Source of the DNA: Copranaerobaculum intestinale
GTDB lineage: Bacteria; Bacillota_I; Bacilli_A; Erysipelotrichales; Erysipelotrichaceae
NCBI RefSeq assembly: GCF_009831105.1
Contig: NZ_WUUQ01000002.1
Span: 510,001 to 542,000 of the forward strand
Reading direction: 5' to 3'
Length of the DNA: 32,000 bases
The position numbers and the translations under genes were made by a program. Shown here one piece after another: positions 16,515 through 25,964 of this stretch. Within the stretch, counting starts at the first letter, position 1; each line of letters opens with the position of its first letter. The notes beneath the pieces were generated by a model that searched no databases, was not told where the DNA came from, and was given only the letters and a program-made list of their open reading frames with translations.

Positions 16515-18800
16515 TATGTATGTGTTTTTATGGTCAGATTCATTGTAAATGACATATTTATTTTTGCCGTGTGATTTGCCATAGTATAATGCCCGATCAG
16601 CTTTTTTAAATAATTCCGAGTATGTGACGGCATCCTCCGGATAGCGGGAGATTCCGATACTGCAGGAAACCTCATGATTGGTTTTCGGTATACGAATCAG
16701 CTCTTTAAAAGCCCGGATTATTTCATTTGCTTTTTGATCGATCAGATAGTCCACACCGATGTCTTTTAGGAAAATGATAAACTCATCTCCGCCGAAACGG
16801 CCGATTACATCACTGCTGCGAAATAGACGGGTAATATGCTGAGCGGTCTGCAGCAGGATCGCATCTCCTTGATCGTGGCCGTATTGATCATTGATGCCCT
16901 TAAAATCATCCACATCCAGCATAAACAAAGCTCCCCTGCCCTTGTCTTTTTTTAAATATTCTTCAATTTGATTGCGGGTGGCGCGGCGGTTATACAGATT
17001 GGTTAGCGGATCGTGCTTGGCCAGCTCGGCAATTTTTTCGGTTTCCTGCTTCTGATCGTTAATATCAGAGATCATGCCGATGATACACGGTGATTCAGAA
17101 GCTTCATCGAATAAATATGTAACGTTGACACGGCACCATAAATAGGTATCATCACTGCAGCGGAAGCGTATATCAGCCTTGGCATACGGACTAGCTTGAT
17201 CCAGCTTTTTGAAAAGGTTCAAGAATATACTTTGATCTGCCTCTAGGATGCAGCCGGCATCGATCATACACTGGGGAAAACTGCCCTTGGGTGGTTCGTA
17301 GCCAAATGTAGCCAGAAAATACTCAGAAACATATAAGCTTTGATCATGACAATTCCATTCAAAGATGATCTCCTTGACCTGATTCATAATCAAATCATAC
17401 CGCCGCTGGGTCATAACCAGTTTTTCCTGAACGGTTTTTAAAGGTGTGATATCGGTAAATGTGCAATCTAGCACCGGCAGCTTACGGCTGTCCTGGGTGC
17501 GAAGCGCTGTAAACAGCAGCCAGCGTATTTCTCCATCCTTTGTCCGAATACGGTATTCATCAGATATGGTATCATTGTCATTTGCTTTTTCTTTCAGCCA
17601 AATCCGTTTAAAATCATCTGGATCCATGATACTCGACAGCTTATTATGCTTAAGCTTGGCAAATTCGTCGGCAGTATATCCGATGTATCGGTAAAACCCC
17701 TCGTTGGCGACTTGAACAATATGATCCTGATCGGTTGTACAGCGATAGATGCCGCACTTGATACTGCTGTATAACTGATTCAGCTCTTTATTGGCTTTGT
17801 TATATGCGGCCTGCGAACGATGCCAGAAGCGCCATAAGAAAAACAACAGCAGCAGGATGATCAGGATGATAAATCCGCCGATCGTTATTGTCTGCTGGAG
17901 AATGGCGTTAGAGTGATTGTTTATGACCTGCGCCGGAATAACTGATAAAAGATACCAGTCATTAATACCGATTGGTACATAGTTCATATCGCGATCCATG
18001 TTTTTCCAAGTATAGATAATCTCACCCTGCTTGCCCTTTTGGATGCCCTCCAGCACTTGATTCAGCGAGGTTCCATTCAAAAATGTTGAGTCATTGAAAT
18101 CTTTCGAAATATCATTAAAATCAGGGTCCGCATCTAAATGATTGGAATGGATGATTACTTTACCGTTTTTCTTGGCAATGTAACCATAGCCCTTTCCTTC
18201 GAAGGTGTCCAGTGTCAGTAACGCCTGCAGCTTTTCCAGCTTATAACGACCGCTTAAGACACCGATTACTTCACTGTTGCGGAAAATTGGAACTGATATC
18301 AGCACATCGTCATTTTGACTATCGTGGAATTTCATCGGATCACTGACGATGGAAGTGCCCTTCAAAACGGTCTGAAAGAACGAATCTTTTGAAAAATCAT
18401 AGGCAATGCCGCTGGTGGAGATCGTTGTTCCTTCGGGCTTTGAAATTGCCAGCATGTTGAAAGTAGAGGTATTCAGCTGGGTGCGAAGATTATCCATATT
18501 GGAGGAATCAAAGAGCTCATCACTCTCATTGGATATATAGTTGGCCATGCTTGCCAGCAGCTTTTGATCAGACTGCAATTTTTCTTTGATCAAAACAGCA
18601 TTTTGTGAAGCGATCTGACTGTGCAATCGTATCACTTCCTGTTGCGTTTGTCGCTGCAGTTCTGAAGAATAGTATCGCACTAAAAAACTGACGGCAAAAA
18701 AGGCGCCGACAATGATCAATATGTCGAACAGTAAAATCAACTGATCTCTTCTTGATTGTTTAAACACGATACATAGCCTTCTTTCACCGTTTAAATGCAT
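16506..18800 (-). CDS. Membrane sensor diguanylate cyclase (TM - Cache-like periplasmic domain - TM - 2 PAS - GGDEF)
   Basis: Two TM segments (LILLFDILIIVGAFFAVSF and IGGFIILIILLLLFFLW) flank an extracytoplasmic region of about 270 aa. Two PAS-like segments follow. The C-terminus has GGDEF (RFGGDEFIIFL) with an RxxD I-site (RSSD) five residues upstream. Confidence 0.9.
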   Translation of the reverse strand: MHLNGERRLCIVFKQSRRDQLILLFDILIIVGAFFAVSFLVRYYSSELQRQTQQEVIRLHSQIASQNAVLIKEKLQSDQKLLASMANYISNESDELFDSSNMDNLRTQLNTSTFNMLAISKPEGTTISTSGIAYDFSKDSFFQTVLKGTSIVSDPMKFHDSQNDDVLISVPIFRNSEVIGVLSGRYKLEKLQALLTLDTFEGKGYGYIAKKNGKVIIHSNHLDADPDFNDISKDFNDSTFLNGTSLNQVLEGIQKGKQGEIIYTWKNMDRDMNYVPIGINDWYLLSVIPAQVINNHSNAILQQTITIGGFIILIILLLLFFLWRFWHRSQAAYNKANKELNQLYSSIKCGIYRCTTDQDHIVQVANEGFYRYIGYTADEFAKLKHNKLSSIMDPDDFKRIWLKEKANDNDTISDEYRIRTKDGEIRWLLFTALRTQDSRKLPVLDCTFTDITPLKTVQEKLVMTQRRYDLIMNQVKEIIFEWNCHDQSLYVSEYFLATFGYEPPKGSFPQCMIDAGCILEADQSIFLNLFKKLDQASPYAKADIRFRCSDDTYLWCRVNVTYLFDEASESPCIIGMISDINDQKQETEKIAELAKHDPLTNLYNRRATRNQIEEYLKKDKGRGALFMLDVDDFKGINDQYGHDQGDAILLQTAQHITRLFRSSDVIGRFGGDEFIIFLKDIGVDYLIDQKANEIIRAFKELIRIPKTNHEVSCSIGISRYPEDAVTYSELFKKADRALYYGKSHGKNKYVIYNESDHKNTYINR

Positions 18801-18841
18801 AAAGAAAAATAAGTGTGTGATGCTAGTCGTGTTTGATAGGG

Positions 18842-20434
18842 TTATTTAATGGTACCTACTTCTGCGAGTATCAATTCCTTGTTTTGTTCGGCTGCCCATT
18901 TAATACCCCAATTATTCGCAAAAATAATTAAATTGCGGCCTTTTAGATCTTTCACCCGTTTGCTGTCTGAGGTCAGATTTAAAAGATTGGGATCAAGTCC
19001 TTCGTTTTCAATCCAGCGTACGCACTGATACGGCAGGATGTCGAGTTTGATATCTACATTATACTCGCTTTTCAAACGCTGTTTCAAGACGTCAAACTGC
19101 AATACCCCGACGCCGCCGACGATGATTTCTTCCATGCCAAGATTGAGCTCCTGAAATACCTGAATCGCACCTTCCTGGGCAATTTGAGTAATTCCTTTGA
19201 TAAACTGTTTCCGTTTCATTGTATCAATTTGCTGAATCCGTGCAAAATGCTCAGGCGCAAAGGTCGGGATCGGATCAAAAGAAATGGGCTTAGATGTATT
19301 GCATAAGGTATCGCCGATGGAAAATATTCCCGGATCGAAAACACCGATTACATCACCTGCATAAGCTTCCTCTACGATTTCACGATTATCAGCCATAAAT
19401 TGCTGGGGCTGAGCCAGCTTGATTTTACGGCCGCCCTGCATATGATAAACTTCCATGCCCTTTTCAAAGTGTCCGGAAACAATGCGCATGAAAGCAATGC
19501 GATCCCGGTGGGCTTTGTTCATATTTGCTTGAATCTTAAAGATAAAGGCGGTGAAAGCCTCATCAAACGGACTGATTTCACCGGCACTGCTGTTTCTTGG
19601 CAACGGTGAAGTTGTCATTTTTAAAAAATGTTCCAGGAATGGTTCAACCCCAAAATTAGTCAGAGCGGAACCGAAAAAAACCGGGGACAATGCACCGCAG
19701 GAAACAGCATTCTGATCAAATTCCGTACTCGCTCCATCTAACAATTCAATTTCTTCACACAGCTGGGCGTGAAAATCATCCCCCAGTAGGTTGCGAATCT
19801 TCAAATCATTCAAGTCACCGTTGACACTGTCGACCTCTCTTTGTCCATGGTCACCGCCCTGAAAGGCCAGTACCCGCTTGTAATCGCGTTCATAAACTCC
19901 TTTGAAATCCTTACCGGAACCGATTGGCCAGTTCATGGCATACGTCGCAATGCCCAGCTCAGATTCTATATGCTCCAACAGCTCAAAGGGATCACGGGCA
20001 GCTCGATCCATTTTATTAATAAAAGTAAATACTGGTATATGGCGAAGCAGGCATACTTTAAACAGCTTCTTGGTCTGAGTCTCTACTCCCTTAGAAGCAT
20101 CAATCACCATCACGGCAGAATCCGCAGCCATCAGAGTACGATAGGTATCTTCACTGAAATCCTGATGCCCGGGAGTATCCAATATATTGATACAGCAGCC
20201 TTCATACTGAAACTGCATGACACTGCTGGTTACTGAAATTCCTCGCTGCTTCTCTATTTCCATCCAGTCAGAAACCGCGTGCTTATTGGTTTTTTTTCCT
20301 TTTACTGAACCGGCCGATAAAATAGCTCCCCCATACAGCAAAAGTTTTTCTGTTAAGGTTGTTTTTCCGGCATCCGGATGGGAAATGATCGCAAAGGTGC
20401 GGCGCTTTTCTATCGCTTTCTGGTAATCGCTCAT
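18842..20434 (-). CDS. prfC: Peptide chain release factor 3 (translational GTPase)
   Basis: G motifs SHPDAGKTT, DTPGHQDF and NKMD. Start set at ATG 20434 (MSDYQKAIEKRRTFAII), just after GGAGG. ORF 20446 adds 4 codons. Confidence 0.95.
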   Translation of the reverse strand: MSDYQKAIEKRRTFAIISHPDAGKTTLTEKLLLYGGAILSAGSVKGKKTNKHAVSDWMEIEKQRGISVTSSVMQFQYEGCCINILDTPGHQDFSEDTYRTLMAADSAVMVIDASKGVETQTKKLFKVCLLRHIPVFTFINKMDRAARDPFELLEHIESELGIATYAMNWPIGSGKDFKGVYERDYKRVLAFQGGDHGQREVDSVNGDLNDLKIRNLLGDDFHAQLCEEIELLDGASTEFDQNAVSCGALSPVFFGSALTNFGVEPFLEHFLKMTTSPLPRNSSAGEISPFDEAFTAFIFKIQANMNKAHRDRIAFMRIVSGHFEKGMEVYHMQGGRKIKLAQPQQFMADNREIVEEAYAGDVIGVFDPGIFSIGDTLCNTSKPISFDPIPTFAPEHFARIQQIDTMKRKQFIKGITQIAQEGAIQVFQELNLGMEEIIVGGVGVLQFDVLKQRLKSEYNVDIKLDILPYQCVRWIENEGLDPNLLNLTSDSKRVKDLKGRNLIIFANNWGIKWAAEQNKELILAEVGTIK

Positions 20435-20468
20435 ACATACCTCCATATACCTGTTTTCAGCGTTTTTA

Positions 20469-20477
20469 ATTATACCA
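20469..20477 (-). promoter_or_regulatory. Extended -10 promoter element upstream of prfC
   Basis: Minus strand: TGgTATAAT (-10 hexamer at 20474-20469). The -35 is weak (TGGTAA). Confidence 0.4.
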
Positions 20478-20499
20478 TTATCATACCCAATTTACCACT

Positions 20500-20527
20500 A
20501 TAAAAAAGAAGGGAAAGCTCCCTTCTT
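20500..20527 (-). terminator. Rho-independent terminator after gpsA
   Basis: Minus strand: AAGAAGGGA, 4-nt loop, TCCCTTCTT (plus-strand coordinates 20506-20527), then TTTTTT. Confidence 0.8.
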
Positions 20528-21525
20528 TAATTTATTTCCGGCTTTAATTCCCGGCTCATCAGATCCCGAGCACTTTCCAATGGTTCTTTATTTTCGTAAA
20601 GAACCTTGTATACTTCATCAACGATCGGCATATCAATCTGTTTTTCTTTTGCGATATCATGGATGACTTTCGCAGTTCGTACACCTTCTACCGTCTTGGT
20701 ATTATGTTCCCAGAAATCCTTAGCGCTGTTTTCCTTCCCAATCTGATATCCTGCTTGAAAGTTGCGGGAATGCACACTGGTGCAGGTTACGATCAAATCT
20801 CCCATACCGGTCAGGCCCATGAAGGTTTCCAATCGTCCGCCCATAGCGGTTCCATAACGGATCATTTCAGCCAAACCACGCGTTATCAAGGCAGCTTTGG
20901 TGTTATCACCGTAGCCGATACCCGATAAGATACCGCTGGCTACCGCAATTGCATTTTTAATGGCTACACCAATTTCGCTTCCTACCTCATCATTGCCTCG
21001 GTACACGCGAAGATATTGGTTAGAAAATAAATGCTGTACTGTTTTCGCATCTGCTTCATTCAAGGAAACTGCGCAGATAGTCGTCAGCATGCGCAGCACG
21101 ACCTCTTCGGCATGAGAGGGACCAATCAGTGATACCACACTGCTCAGATACTGTGCGGGAATATTCTCGCGGATTACACAGGACATACGTTCATTGGTTT
21201 CTGGATGAAATCCCTTGCTGGTATTCACGATGATGGTTTTCTTGGTAAGCTGCGGGGTAATTAGCCGGCACACATCTTCAATGGCAATTGTAGGTACCGA
21301 TAAAATGATGATATCGGCATCCTTTACCACCGCGATATCATTTGTCGCTTTGATATCGTGATTTAATTCTACTTCCGGAAAATATTTTTCATTGCGGTGA
21401 TGATCGCGGATATCGGCAATTTCGTGTTCGTCCTTGCCCCATATGGTCACATCAACATGATTGTCAGCCAATACCTGGGCAAGTCCGCTTCCCCAGCTAC
21501 CGCTACCAATTACAACAGCTTTCAT
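20527..21525 (-). CDS. gpsA: NAD(P)H-dependent glycerol-3-phosphate dehydrogenase
   Basis: Rossmann motif MKAVVIGSGSWGS. Conserved der-gpsA order. Start set at ATG 21525, after the der stop at 21536. Confidence 0.93.
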   Translation of the reverse strand: MKAVVIGSGSWGSGLAQVLADNHVDVTIWGKDEHEIADIRDHHRNEKYFPEVELNHDIKATNDIAVVKDADIIILSVPTIAIEDVCRLITPQLTKKTIIVNTSKGFHPETNERMSCVIRENIPAQYLSSVVSLIGPSHAEEVVLRMLTTICAVSLNEADAKTVQHLFSNQYLRVYRGNDEVGSEIGVAIKNAIAVASGILSGIGYGDNTKAALITRGLAEMIRYGTAMGGRLETFMGLTGMGDLIVTCTSVHSRNFQAGYQIGKENSAKDFWEHNTKTVEGVRTAKVIHDIAKEKQIDMPIVDEVYKVLYENKEPLESARDLMSRELKPEIN

Positions 21526-21535
21526 GAGTATCCCT

Positions 21536-22843
21536 CTACTTTCTTTCACGCGCTATAATGCGCAAGGTCGTTCCGGTGAAGTCAAAGGCTTCACGCAAAG
21601 TATTTTCGATAAATCGCTTGTAGCTGAAATGAAGCAGCTCCGGTTCATTCACAAATAAGACAAAGGTAGGCGGTGCGACTGCTACCTGGGATGCATAATA
21701 AATCTTTAATCGTCTGCCATTATGGGTTGGTGGCGGCGTCATTAACTGTGCATCCATGATTACCTCATTCAGCACGTTGGTTTGAACGCGCATGGTGGAG
21801 TAGTCATGCACTTCGTCGATCAAGGGCAGCAGCGTATGTACCCGCTGTTTCGTAAGAGCTGAAACAAATACAATGGGTGCATAGCTTAAATAGATAAATT
21901 CCTTCCGAATTTCTTTTTCAATTCGCGCCATGGTCGCATCGTCTTTCTCCACAACATCCCATTTATTGTAAACGATAATAACGGCCTTCCCTGCTTCATG
22001 GGCATAACCCGCTACGTGCTTATCCTGATCACGGATGCCGCTTTCGCCGTCGATTAAGAATAAAACAACATCACTTCGTTCAATTGCGCTCATCGCCCGC
22101 AATACCGAATATTTTTCAACATTCTCATATATCTTGCCGCGTTTGCGGATCCCCGCGGTATCAATGACAACATAATCTTTGCCATCATGGCGAAACGGAG
22201 TATCAATAGCATCTCTGGTGGTTCCCTCAATACTGCTTACGATAACCCGATCCTCATTCAGTATCGCATTCACCAAAGAGGATTTACCGACATTGGGACG
22301 ACCGATCAGGCAAAATCTGGTCATTCCTTCATATTCGTCTTTTCCCTTGGCCGGGAATGCCGCGACCATCTGATCAAGGATATCTCCAATCCCGATACCA
22401 TGCACACCGCTGACGGCAATAGGATCTCCAAGACCCAAGGCATAAAATTCGTATATCAAATCCTTGCGTTCACTGTTGTCAATTTTATTGACACAGAGGA
22501 TAACCGGTTTTTGACTTTTTTGAAGCATCCGGGCAATCATTTCATCGTCGTGAGTCAAACCTTCGATTCCACTCACTAAAAATACAATAACATCTGCCTC
22601 ATCAATTGCGATTTCTACCTGCATGCGGATCTCTTCACTGAACGGCTCATTAGCCAGCTGAATACCACCGGTGTCAATCAGACGAAAATCCTTAGTAAGC
22701 CATTCTCCTTTACCATAAATGCGATCACGGGTTACCCCTGGTACATCCTCGACAATACTTTTTCTCTCACCGATCATACGGTTAAAGATCGTTGATTTAC
22801 CGACATTCGGTCTGCCAACGATCGCTGCTGTTCCATAAATCAT
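21536..22843 (-). CDS. der: Ribosome-biogenesis GTPase Der (EngA), double GTPase domain + KH-like C-terminus
   Basis: Two G1 motifs GRPNVGKS (aa ~10 and ~181), each followed by DTGG / DTAG and NKxD motifs. Confidence 0.95.
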   Translation of the reverse strand: MIYGTAAIVGRPNVGKSTIFNRMIGERKSIVEDVPGVTRDRIYGKGEWLTKDFRLIDTGGIQLANEPFSEEIRMQVEIAIDEADVIVFLVSGIEGLTHDDEMIARMLQKSQKPVILCVNKIDNSERKDLIYEFYALGLGDPIAVSGVHGIGIGDILDQMVAAFPAKGKDEYEGMTRFCLIGRPNVGKSSLVNAILNEDRVIVSSIEGTTRDAIDTPFRHDGKDYVVIDTAGIRKRGKIYENVEKYSVLRAMSAIERSDVVLFLIDGESGIRDQDKHVAGYAHEAGKAVIIVYNKWDVVEKDDATMARIEKEIRKEFIYLSYAPIVFVSALTKQRVHTLLPLIDEVHDYSTMRVQTNVLNEVIMDAQLMTPPPTHNGRRLKIYYASQVAVAPPTFVLFVNEPELLHFSYKRFIENTLREAFDFTGTTLRIIARERK

Positions 22844-23508
22844 GACACATCTCCCTTGACATGCGCTACCAGATCCATCACCGTTTTTACCACCTCATCG
22901 ATACTCATTTCTGAGGTGTCGATCAAAACGGCATCTTCTGCTTGCTTCAAGGGTGAAGCAGCACGATGAGAATCCCGATAGTCTCGCTGTTCAATATCTT
23001 TAAAAACAGTTTCATAAGAAACCGGGTGTTGTTTCTGCTGATACTCCAGACAGCGCCGTTTAGCGCGAGCCTCAACACTGGCAACCATGTAAATCTTAAG
23101 CTCAGCATCCGGCAGAACGACCGTACCAATATCCCTGCCATCTAAAATATAGCCCTTTGATTTGGCAATCTCTTTCTGCATAGCCACGAGCTGCTCGCGT
23201 ACCTTCGGGAATACGCTTACCTTGCTTGCGGCCGCGGATACGGCACTGTCACGAATGCTGTCACTGACATTTTCATCGTTCATATATACGTTGCCATGTT
23301 CATCAAAGGTAATTCGGATTTGTTTAATTAACTTATTTAATGATTGTTCATCATCCATGGCAATGTGACGGCGGCTCGCTTCATATCCGACACAGCGATA
23401 CATTGCCCCAGTATCCAAATAAGCATAACCCAGCTGTTTAGCCAGGCGCTTGGCAATTGTACTTTTGCCGGCTGCGCTGGGACCGTCAATCGCGATGTTT
23501 ATTTTCAT
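22840..23508 (-). CDS. cmk: Cytidylate kinase
   Basis: P-loop GPSAAGKST, then LDTGAMYR and GRDIGTVV. The stop overlaps the der start (ATGA). Confidence 0.95.
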   Translation of the reverse strand: MKINIAIDGPSAAGKSTIAKRLAKQLGYAYLDTGAMYRCVGYEASRRHIAMDDEQSLNKLIKQIRITFDEHGNVYMNDENVSDSIRDSAVSAAASKVSVFPKVREQLVAMQKEIAKSKGYILDGRDIGTVVLPDAELKIYMVASVEARAKRRCLEYQQKQHPVSYETVFKDIEQRDYRDSHRAASPLKQAEDAVLIDTSEMSIDEVVKTVMDLVAHVKGDVS

Positions 23509-24317
23509 TAAAGAAGCCCTCCTTCTTTCACCAGCCAGTAAATGACCACTCCGATCACTGCGATTAATACAAAAATCAAAGTGCAGAGAATAATATTTAA
23601 AATTCGGTTCGTTTTATCAAGACCATCATTCAGATCCGTCAATTCTCCTTCATATTCATTTAATTGAACTCGCAGCTGCTGGGTTTCTTCAACCAGCTGA
23701 GCATGTATGGAATCTGTTGGTACTTCAGCTGCTTCCATGACCGGCTGCGGTCTGTTGATTTTTTCATAAACCTGTGTTGATTCCTTAGGCTCTGCCGCCT
23801 TGGTTACGATTGGATCGTCATTGACCGGTTCTAATTTTTCTTCTTTCAGCAGTTCCTGTACCTGTTTGGCAATATCGTCACGAGAAATCGTATTGGTCTC
23901 TTCCAGCTTCTGCGCTGGCTGAGGATCCTTTATCTGTTCAACATACTGAGAACGTTTTCGTGAAACATTTTGCAGTTGGCTGAGAATATCGATTTCCGTA
24001 TCCTCATTTTCCCGCGTTCCCTTGCGGATATTATACTCTTTTACCTCACTGATGAAATCATCCAGATATTCATTGGTAAATGATGAAATCGGAGTATCCA
24101 ATTCATCCTGAAAATAAGCTTCACGGCGTTCTCGCTCTGGTATATGATTTTCTTCTTTTATATCCATTTTCTTAAAAACGGTAGGATCGATCGTATTTAA
24201 TTTATTTGCATATGAAGAAAGCTTATCGCCTGAAACAACATCCCCGCTGGATGGGTTTTCTGATTCAATATTTTTTCGCAGATCTTCATATTTTTTTACA
24301 CGTGATAATTTCTCCAT
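23508..24317 (-). CDS. Hypothetical acidic coiled-coil protein with a single C-terminal TM anchor
   Basis: 269 aa, Glu/Asp/Lys-rich. Its only hydrophobic helix (ILNIILCTLIFVLIAVIGVVIYWLV) lies at the extreme C-terminus. AGGAGG RBS. The stop overlaps the cmk start (TAATG). Confidence 0.7.
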   Translation of the reverse strand: MEKLSRVKKYEDLRKNIESENPSSGDVVSGDKLSSYANKLNTIDPTVFKKMDIKEENHIPERERREAYFQDELDTPISSFTNEYLDDFISEVKEYNIRKGTRENEDTEIDILSQLQNVSRKRSQYVEQIKDPQPAQKLEETNTISRDDIAKQVQELLKEEKLEPVNDDPIVTKAAEPKESTQVYEKINRPQPVMEAAEVPTDSIHAQLVEETQQLRVQLNEYEGELTDLNDGLDKTNRILNIILCTLIFVLIAVIGVVIYWLVKEGGLL

Positions 24318-24341
24318 AAAAAAAGCCTCCTAAACAGTTTT

Positions 24342-24350
24342 ATTATACCA
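24342..24350 (-). promoter_or_regulatory. Extended -10 promoter element for the hypothetical-cmk-der-gpsA operon
   Basis: Minus strand: TGgTATAAT (-10 hexamer at 24347-24342), about 25 nt upstream of ATG 24317. Confidence 0.4.
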
Positions 24351-24477
24351 AAAATCCAAATGATTGAATATGCTTATCAAAGCTTCTTTTTTAAAAAGTG
24401 CTTTTTCACCCAAAAACAGGCATGCGGATTTTGATTTGATCCAAACTATGTTAAGATAAAACCACGAGGTGAAAAAA

Positions 24478-24975
24478 ATGAATACTGTTGTTGAGGCTTT
24501 GATTGAAATTCCTATGGGTTCTCAGAATAAATATGAAGTAAATAAGAAAACTAATAAGATCAAATTGGATCGAGTTTTATACTCTGCGGTCTTTTATCCG
24601 GCCGAATACGGATATGTTGAAAATACTTTAGCGCTGGATGGTGATCCAATTGATATTTTGGTGTTGACATCCTATCCTACCTTTCCGGGATGCTACATCG
24701 ATGCACGGATTATCGGTGGTCTGGATATGATTGATGACGGCAAGCAGGATGTGAAAATTCTGGCTGTCTGTGAAAGCGACCCACGCTATGATCACATTCA
24801 TGATCTGGATGATGTCGCACCGCACATTCTGTTGGAAATTCAAAATTTCTTCAGTACATATAAAACTCTGCAGCCTGGTGAAGTTGAGGTGGGCGGATTT
24901 CTAAGCACTGAGAAAACCTTGGAATTGCTGAAAGACGCAAAGGAGCGCTGGGAAAATATGAAAAAAACGGATTGA
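24478..24975 (+). CDS. ppa: Inorganic pyrophosphatase, family I
   Basis: Motifs IEIPMGSQNKYE, YPAEYGYV and DGDPIDILV. Start set at ATG 24478, 6 nt after GAGGTG. The GTG at 24469 lies inside the RBS. Confidence 0.93.
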   Translation: MNTVVEALIEIPMGSQNKYEVNKKTNKIKLDRVLYSAVFYPAEYGYVENTLALDGDPIDILVLTSYPTFPGCYIDARIIGGLDMIDDGKQDVKILAVCESDPRYDHIHDLDDVAPHILLEIQNFFSTYKTLQPGEVEVGGFLSTEKTLELLKDAKERWENMKKTD

Positions 24976-24988
24976 TATCCGTTTTTTT
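24961..24988. terminator. Bidirectional terminator shared by ppa and efp
   Basis: AAAAAAACGGAT, loop TGAT, ATCCGTTTTTTT (stem at 24967-24972 and 24977-24982). It overlaps the ppa stop codon. Confidence 0.75.
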
Positions 24989-25544
24989 ATGCTCTTCCTG
25001 AATATTTACCGTCAGAAGTATTTACCAGAATTACTTCATCCTGTTCAATGAACAGAGGAACGCGGATTTCCAAACCGCTCTCAACCTTCGCAAGCTTGGA
25101 AGCACTTGTGGCAGTATCTCCTTTAACCGCAGGCTCACATTCAACAACCTGCATCGAAACTTTATCTGGTAAGATAAGTCCCAGCACTTCGCTTTCAAAC
25201 ATGGACACGGTTACATTATCGTTTGGTTTCAGAAAATTCAATTCCCATTTCAGACGATCTTTATTGATCTCCAGCTGTTCATATGTCTCGTTATCCATGA
25301 AGATAAGACTATCTCCATCATCATACAGATACTGCATTTCTTTCTTGTCGATATGCGCGTTTTCAATCTTATCGCCGCCGGCAAAAGACAATTCTACGAT
25401 CGCTCCGGTACGAAGGTTTTTCACCTTAGCTTTTACGATCATACCGCTGCGGGCCTGTTTGTTTTGAGATGACTCTAATACGACAAAGATATTATTATCC
25501 TGCTGGATCGTCAATCCTGGTTTTAAATCATTTGAACTAATCAT
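24987..25544 (-). CDS. efp: Translation elongation factor P
   Basis: The N-terminus MISSNDLKPGLTI... aligns without gaps to B. subtilis EF-P over the first 47 residues. Start set at ATG 25544, 7 nt after AAGGTG. Confidence 0.95.
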   Translation of the reverse strand: MISSNDLKPGLTIQQDNNIFVVLESSQNKQARSGMIVKAKVKNLRTGAIVELSFAGGDKIENAHIDKKEMQYLYDDGDSLIFMDNETYEQLEINKDRLKWELNFLKPNDNVTVSMFESEVLGLILPDKVSMQVVECEPAVKGDTATSASKLAKVESGLEIRVPLFIEQDEVILVNTSDGKYSGRA

Positions 25545-25577
25545 GAACATTCACCTTTCTTTTTTTACACACCCTAT

Positions 25578-25605
25578 ATTTTATCGTATTTACGGCGAAT
25601 GTCAA
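25578..25605 (-). promoter_or_regulatory. Sigma-A promoter of efp
   Basis: Minus strand: TTGACA (25605-25600), 16 nt, then TAAAAT (25583-25578). Confidence 0.55.
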
Positions 25606-25614
25606 TTTTTTTAG

Positions 25615-25947
25615 TTACAGCAGACTTTTATATCGAATGGATGATGCAAAGCTGCTTAAACAAAGGAAGGTTATCAAGTAATCATAGAATAGTTCATCTA
25701 GTGTAGTAGTGCTTCCAATGAGACTGCGGATCCATTGAAAAAGTATCAAAATCACCGCCGGAAAGACAAAATCCTTCCATTCAATTGATTTACACGTACC
25801 TTCCTGATAAAAAAACTGAATCACTAGGAGGGTCAGAAAAAATATTGGAATCAGCCATAGTGAAAAGACATCAATAAACAGCAGCAGTCTGCCCAGCAGG
25901 ATCATACCGGTAAACAGACCAGTGCTGATCAACGCGGTAAGTAACAT
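25615..25947 (-). CDS. Small hypothetical membrane protein (110 aa, ~4 TM) at the distal end of the comG operon
   Basis: Start set at ATG 25947, 5 nt after GAGGTG and 18 nt after the comGG stop. The sequence is hydrophobic throughout (MLLTALISTGLFTGMILLGRLLLFIDVFSLWLIPIFFLTLLVI...). Confidence 0.55.
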   Translation of the reverse strand: MLLTALISTGLFTGMILLGRLLLFIDVFSLWLIPIFFLTLLVIQFFYQEGTCKSIEWKDFVFPAVILILFQWIRSLIGSTTTLDELFYDYLITFLCLSSFASSIRYKSLL

Positions 25948-25964
25948 GGAATCACCTCTTAAGG

